Assembly (NCBI GenBank): GCA_032718475.1
Contig: JAUCBJ010005053.1
Location: 1 to 41,479 of the forward strand
From: Nemertoderma westbladi
Taxonomy: Eukaryota; Animalia; Xenacoelomorpha
Direction of reading: 5' to 3'
DNA: 41,479 nucleotides
Every line of letters begins with the position of its first letter. The stretch's first letter is position 1. Below the pieces are notes generated by a model, which worked only from the letters and a program-made list of their open reading frames with translations, had not been told where the DNA came from and made no database searches. Below, piece by piece: positions 35,549-41,479 of this stretch. The position numbers were made by a program, and so were the translations under genes.

Positions 35549-37009
35549 ATGCATACTGATGTATTCCGCCGATTTCTCCAACCCTTTTATAACACCGATG
35601 CGCACTGCGAAGTTTTCACGCGAGCGGGACTTAGCATTTTCAGGGACGTTTATCTCACTCACTCGGGAAGCCTAGTCGACAGACCATCGATGTTGACGTT
35701 AGTACCCTACAACAGGGAACGCCACGCGGAATTCAAAGGCCCGGAAGGATCCTGGAAGGCTCGCAAGCCTACCGCCCATCATGACGATGTGGATCCGACC
35801 GAGTCCACGATAATAGACGAACCGTTGCGGCAACTCATAGAAATAGAAGAGAACCTTCCGAGGAAGATGCGAACTGAGATACGCGAGTTAGAGAAAAGCG
35901 ATGCCATGGTTTGTGTACAACCTACGGAGACGAACATACCGACTGACCCGGATGATGAGAATTATCATGTGGACGGTAGCGCTCGCCCCATCGGAGATCT
36001 CATCTATGAGCGAGTTTGGTATCCTGCCAACACCATTTGTGGCAGATGCGGGGCAACTGGCCACCATGCAAAGAAATGCGGAGTGAAACACATATCTCTA
36101 CCAGACTTAGTGTGCAACTGGTGTGGGGATCAACGTTCACACACTTTCTACACTTGTAGGCGTTTCGTGGTGCAGTGTACGTATTGCAATATTAAAGGTC
36201 ATAGGGCCTCAGAGTGCCAACTTAGGGACGTTCCCTATGAGCATATATCAGTTAAAAGCGTTAGACAGCTATTCGACCATTGGGAGAATCTAGCAGACAA
36301 GCATGTGTCGACACAGCGACGCCATTTCCCCATGAGAGCGCATTTGCGATTTTTGGCCATAAACCCTCTCATAATGTCGAAAGAAAGATACATATCAGCT
36401 ATGCCTCAATACGATGAACTTTTGGAGGTGCTAGATATATTGCCGTTGGATAGCGGATTTAAAGTTGTTAGGGACTACTTTCTACAGGTACACCCCGACA
36501 ATACGAACACATGGAACTTTCAGACTGTGGTGAATAAGATTACCATCGGAGAATTCGACAAACTGCGAGTCGAACAGCGGAATCGAGGAGCCTGGCATTC
36601 GATAGCTTGGGCATACCGGAGCACATTTTATCACAAACGTGTACCCTCGTGTATTCTAGATGAGGCGGACGTTTTGCGTGAGACTGGCTTCAGAGCCACA
36701 CCATTGGCCGAAAAGACGCGTCACCCACAGGAAGATCCGCAACTTCGTATACTCAGAGCCCAGAAAGCCGGACAGGAAATAAAAAAGGTAGTAAATGTCG
36801 CCGAGAGGACGACATCGAAGTCACAAATCCGGATGACTCGGGGCACGGTTTCCCTTCCTAGAGAACCACGCGGAGGGACAGGATATGCTTTACCAGAACC
36901 TATGAGAATTCAGACGACGTCGGAGAGCGAGGTGTCAGCCGACGGAATGGTCCCACCCCTTAGACTTCCTCCTAGCATTGTAGAGACTCGGTCCGATGCT
37001 ACGAAATGA
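35549..37009 (+). CDS. Protein with three tandem CCHC zinc knuckles (gag/Air2-like), function unknown
   Basis: Intact 486-codon ORF with CGRCGATGHHAKKC, CNWCGDQRSHTFYTC and CTYCNIKGHRASEC. No protease, RT or integrase nearby. Confidence 0.8.
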   Translation: MHTDVFRRFLQPFYNTDAHCEVFTRAGLSIFRDVYLTHSGSLVDRPSMLTLVPYNRERHAEFKGPEGSWKARKPTAHHDDVDPTESTIIDEPLRQLIEIEENLPRKMRTEIRELEKSDAMVCVQPTETNIPTDPDDENYHVDGSARPIGDLIYERVWYPANTICGRCGATGHHAKKCGVKHISLPDLVCNWCGDQRSHTFYTCRRFVVQCTYCNIKGHRASECQLRDVPYEHISVKSVRQLFDHWENLADKHVSTQRRHFPMRAHLRFLAINPLIMSKERYISAMPQYDELLEVLDILPLDSGFKVVRDYFLQVHPDNTNTWNFQTVVNKITIGEFDKLRVEQRNRGAWHSIAWAYRSTFYHKRVPSCILDEADVLRETGFRATPLAEKTRHPQEDPQLRILRAQKAGQEIKKVVNVAERTTSKSQIRMTRGTVSLPREPRGGTGYALPEPMRIQTTSESEVSADGMVPPLRLPPSIVETRSDATK

Positions 37010-37213
37010 ATGATTGGAATCGGACGAGGATTTAGAGGACTGAGCGCACGCCGGATGTGTGAGACTCCCGTCATCCCCTTTCCTAGTGTTTTAGAACCAC
37101 CGACAGCTCAACGCCGAAGTCCGAGTCCAGTTCGATCCCGACCACCACCCAATCGTTTTAGAGGGCGTGGACGAGCCCGTTCGACAAAGGATTAGGAGAG
37201 CGAGATGAAGGAA

Positions 37214-37381
37214 GGAAGGCTTGCGAGCCTACCGATTGGATATTATATTGGATATTATATTTAGATATTTATATTTGGATATTATATTTAGATATTTATA
37301 TTTGGATATTATATTGGATATTGTGTTTGGATGTTGGGTTTGGAGGAGCGAGGTAGAGAAGGAAGGCTTGCGAGCCTACCG
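37214..37381 (+). repeat. Two copies of hairpin GGAAGGCTTGCGAGCCTACCG separated by TTGGATATTATA-type repeats (further copies at 34790 and 35754)
   Basis: Exact 21-nt match at 37214-37234 and 37361-37381. Confidence 0.85.
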
Positions 37382-37899
37382 TTAGCAATCAGTGCTCAGG
37401 AGAAGATATCCAGACCAGTAGGACAAACTTTTAAGCTCGTCAGGAGGACACTTTAAGACTTATTTGGAAATTATTAGCGCATTATGTTTGTTTATATTGG
37501 ACTGATTTAATTTGGAAAATTTATTATGTATATTTGTAATATATAAAAGATTGTTCTAATTTGTTTAATTTGTTCATTTTGATAACCGAAAGCTCTTTTT
37601 TTTGTATTTTATGCACTAAAGTTAATTGGTAAATTTGTATTTTGTAAGTATGATAGAATGTATTTACGCTGTATCTGCAATAATATGTATGCAATAATTA
37701 GATAGTGATTATTTTATATTTTAGGCCCCACCATTAGCCCGAAGAGATATTTTGTAAATAGTTTGTATTTCGATTGGTGAAAACAGTCTTACTTACTGTT
37801 TTCATGGAGCGGTGATGGAATATTTCACTATAAGGTAGCATTTGTAGCTTAACGTAAAAACTTTCTAAAATCCGACACATTTTGATTAAATTACAGTAA

Positions 37900-40031
37900 T
37901 GTAATATGCCTATTCATATTGGTACACATAAACCCATAGGTAATTCTATTGGCGCAGTGGTCAGATGGCGTTGGTTGGTAAGGCGTTGGTTACATTATGT
38001 TAGGTTACGAGTTCGAATCCCGGTCGGGAATTTGCATTTTTGGGCTATTTTATTTCGCTTTGATTAAATTAGATAAGCCAATGAGGTGCGTACAACATGT
38101 ACAACGATGAGCTGGGCCAATCATAGGGCATAGAACATCTTATTGCTCCAATGTGAGGCCATGGAATGCTCTGGAAGGTTCTAGCGGATTCTATGTCCCA
38201 GATTTGCTATATAAGGGCCGGTTTGCCCTCGGTTATCACCATTCACTTACTAATGTTAACTAGTTATCACACTTAAACTTAGAATTATGTAAATTTGGTA
38301 AATAAATCTTTTGTAAATTACGTAAATATACTGTAAACTTTGAACATGTATATTTCTATTTGCCCACCACTGGGACAGCCAAGCATTTGGAAGATGGCAG
38401 CCTAGACCGTCAGGCCGTCAGCAATGCAGGGAAGATGTCCACAACACGCTAGCGCCCACATTAGATTTGCCCGCGCACCCCCTTCGCCCCTTCGAAATAC
38501 TCCACCTTGCTATGCAGCGCCCGATTCAGAGGAAGGTAAGACTTTGTTTGACGCCCTTGCCCGCCGTAAGACCTATAGATCAGGGTAAGCGTGACGAATT
38601 TAGGATCAAATAGCTAGATTCAGACAGGAACCTGTACTACAAGTCCCCGGATGGATTAACCTGTGTTCCCTACAGGTGTGAACCATTGCTGTTCGTCAGT
38701 ACGCAAGTACATATTAGGTACAGACAGCATACGTTCCATAATTTAGTGACTTGCGATACTGACAGTTCGGTACCGGTTTCATTATGTAGTTTATTCATTT
38801 AGTACCCCCCCCCCCCCCCCCCCCTGCCTGAACCTAAGTTATTTGATCCGACAAGGAGTATTTCTGCTACCGGCACTCGCTTGGCATAGGGAGGTTTATT
38901 AATATCCTACCGCGCCTTGCCACGTACTGATAGGTATTGCTGCTAACCACCGCGGCAACAAAATTCTAGAATCAAATTGTATACCAGATCAGCTAATGTA
39001 CGGTAGCAATTAACCCCTATTTATTATCTTACAACCAGAATCTGGTATTTGTGCCGATCACGGGTGTAGTTACTAACACCATAATTGCCCTGTTGAGTTG
39101 TGGATAGGAAGGAGAGAGCTTTGATGTCATTTGTAAGTATAAAGTTCTACAGAGCGCGACTAGCTTATTTTCGTAGCTAGCGCACGGTATTGTTTCAGTC
39201 AGTAAATCACTAAAACCTAGTACAATGGAGTACACCAAAATTGTTTTATTTGTAACACACCCACACACACACGCCCTAAAACATATGTACCCTTAGAGCT
39301 CTACTAGTTGTAGCTTACTTTTCATTACTTTCAGGCAGAATCTGTTTGTAATTTACTATTCGTAGTTTGTGAATTTAGGATCTGATATTTACTGTAGTTA
39401 AGACAAGGAAGGAGTATTTACTTATTAGACTGTTGTTTGTCTGAGCAGCAGTATTGTTACATTAGGTACGACCCCCTTTAGACTGATTTAGTACAGGTCA
39501 GTATTGTTACGCTAGTCTGTTAATCCACTAGCTCTCATATAAACCATATAAATCACACCGCGGCAAGTTACGGTATTTAGGTCCGTTAGCGATAGTTAGG
39601 ATTCGCTGCGCGGGGATTGTTTTCCCGTGAGTTTGGTCTGTAACCGTAACTGTACATCTGCCTCACCGGTTAGAGGAAGGCATCCTTTTGTCTAGTTCGT
39701 CGGGCATTTGACTCGCTCACGTACTTAGAATAGACACCAGGCTCTGATCCTCGCCAGTAGTTGTTCGCGTATTTGTATCTGTTTGTTTAGACACCCTGGA
39801 CTGGGATTTGTTGTCAGATACTGTACGAGCCCGTATACACTACTAGATCTTACGGTAAGATACATCGTTACTAGGATCCGGTAAGCGGTATACTACTGGA
39901 CTTTTCACTGATGTAGTATTATTGTATTATATATATCTTGTTATTGCTATGGAAGAGAATATATTGGAAGGGTTTTAATTCATTCATTTCTTCGTTTCAC
40001 TTATTTGCACCGTCAACGACCGGCGCTTACA
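37900..40031 (+). mobile_element. Probable solo LTR (~2.1 kb)
   Basis: TGTAA...TTACA termini, CCAAT boxes (~38078-38152), TATATAAG (~38208), AATAAA (~38301) and no long ORF. Flanks GTAA / ATAA (1 mismatch). No PBS or PPT adjacent. Confidence 0.55.
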
Positions 40032-40285
40032 ATAAATATTATAGAAGAAGTGCTAGCTATCAATTATTTTGATAAATATTTTTGTTCTAGAAAACATTTT
40101 TTAGTTCTAGGTCACATTTTTAATTTTTTAAAATAGCTTGTATTTTATACTTCTTTTTATAAATGTTATAGAACACGTGTAAGCTACCAATGTTGAAAAA
40201 TATTTTTGTTCTAGAACACATTTTTTTGTACTAGAATATTTTTAGGAAAAAATTATCATACAACCCTTATTAAAAAAAATTGTTA

Positions 40286-40805
40286 CTATCGATATTTTTA
40301 CTCTCTGATAGTTTTCAACACTCAATATTTTTACTCATGATATTTTCCAACACTCGATATTTTTACTCTCAATATTTTCCAACACTCGATATTTTTACTC
40401 TCGATATTTTTCAACACTCGATATTTTTACTCTCGATATTTTTCAACACTCGATATTTTTACTCTCGATATTTTTCAACACTCGATATTTTTACTCTCGC
40501 TATTTTTCAACACTCGATATTTTTACTCACGATATTTTTCAACACTCGATATTTTTACTCTCGACATTTTTCAACAATCGATATTTTTCAACACTCGATA
40601 TTTTTACTCACGATATTTTTCAACACTCGATATTTTTACTCTCGACATTATTCAACACTCGATATTATTACTCTCAATATTTTTACACTCTATATTTTTA
40701 GTGTCGATATTTTTTGAACTCTCACTATTATCGTTATTTTTCAACACTCAATATTTTTACTCGCGTTACTTTTACTCTCGATATTTTTCAGATCTCGATA
40801 ATTTT
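40286..40805 (+). repeat. ~33-bp tandem repeat (CACTCGATATTTTTACTCTCGATATTTTTTCAA), likely DNA-transposon subterminal array
   Basis: A dozen or more degenerate copies of a dimeric TCGATATTTTT unit. Confidence 0.85.
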
Positions 40806-41123
40806 CAATATAACCATTTTTTTATGCTCAACACGGTTACCGTATTACAATTTGATAGATTGCACAACACTTGTTCCTTGCTTTGTTTGGCTGCCAGGCC
40901 ATATTGCTATACCTTGACTTTGCTAGGTAGTAGTCCCCTTTAGGGGAGGGTGATAATAATTGCTGCCGTTGTTATACGGATGATGGGTAATATGTCAAAA
41001 TCAGCCATCGCCATGGTAACCAGACATACACCAAGGTACAGTATATCGGAGAGTCTGCGAGACCGAACCGGGTAGGGTAGATAAGGCGCCAGCTTCTGTC
41101 GCTCTAGTTTATAATCAGTTATC

Positions 41124-41453
41124 AAGTTTCATAATACACAATAATATGATTCCACTGGGACTATTGAATTTCTTGACATAATTATTAGAGCATGGACGAT
41201 AATAAATGTCAAAAGACCCCACAATAATGTGCGATTGTGAGATGACCGCCGTGAAGTAGTGCGCAATGCCAATGATATTCGGCTCACTGAACTAATTGAA
41301 TTTGCCAATCGTGTGGATGCAATGCAATGTCGGAATGGTATCAAACGCTACAAATCGTTAACAATGGATACAGGCAAGGCTATATCTCACACGATGAGAG
41401 GGATTGTAGCATTGGTGAAACACTTACTATCCACCACCCATGAATACTACTAG
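41124..41453 (+). pseudogene. P-element/THAP9-like transposase fragment
   Basis: GTIEFLDIIIRAWTIINVK..RL*DDRREVVRNANDIRLTEL..LTMDTGKAISHTMRGIVALVKHLLSTTHEY resembles the C-terminal catalytic region of P-type transposases. Contains in-frame stops. Confidence 0.7.
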
Positions 41454-41479
41454 GATCGGCATGCTGCATTGCAGCTGCA

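Noticed and set aside
34442-37844. GTAGCATTTG direct repeat as a 10-bp TSD bounding the zinc-knuckle unit
   Set aside because: The left copy is part of a longer local duplication that continues past it, and there are no terminal inverted repeats. A chance match is plausible.
40280-40943. Hydrophobic ORFs of 67-145 aa
   Set aside because: Translations of the 33-bp T-rich tandem repeat.

Overview
AT-rich eukaryotic DNA, most likely from an invertebrate animal, dominated by nested transposable elements. Two host genes are supported, both on the minus strand. The first is a two-exon NECAB-family gene (EF-hands + coiled coil + ABM domain; CDS 33538-33008 spliced to 27865-27407, 329 aa). The second is the first coding exon of a signal-peptide-bearing beta/gamma-crystallin-domain protein (15427-15195). 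The most striking structure is a ~7.9-kb array of about 213 copies of a 37-bp unit (19543-27445). Its unit is the last 11 codons plus the stop codon of NECAB itself, so the gene's conserved C-terminal coding end is amplified directly behind its stop. On the plus strand, 34750-37550 looks like a spliced Pol II unit encoding a three-zinc-knuckle protein with no pol. It carries four copies of a 21-nt hairpin motif, in the 5' leader, the CDS and twice in the 3' UTR. The rest is TE-derived: a decayed CR1-group LINE (SGNH-esterase ORF1; hydrophobic leader + 2A-like motif + APE/RT ORF2), a convergent RTE-X-like LINE with two in-frame tandem repeats in ORF1, two non-autonomous hAT elements with TIRs and 8-bp TSDs, a mini-Helitron, tRNA-derived elements, a probable 2.1-kb solo LTR, MITE fragments and a P-element/THAP9-like transposase fragment. 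All calls come from reading the sequence by eye; no searches were run.
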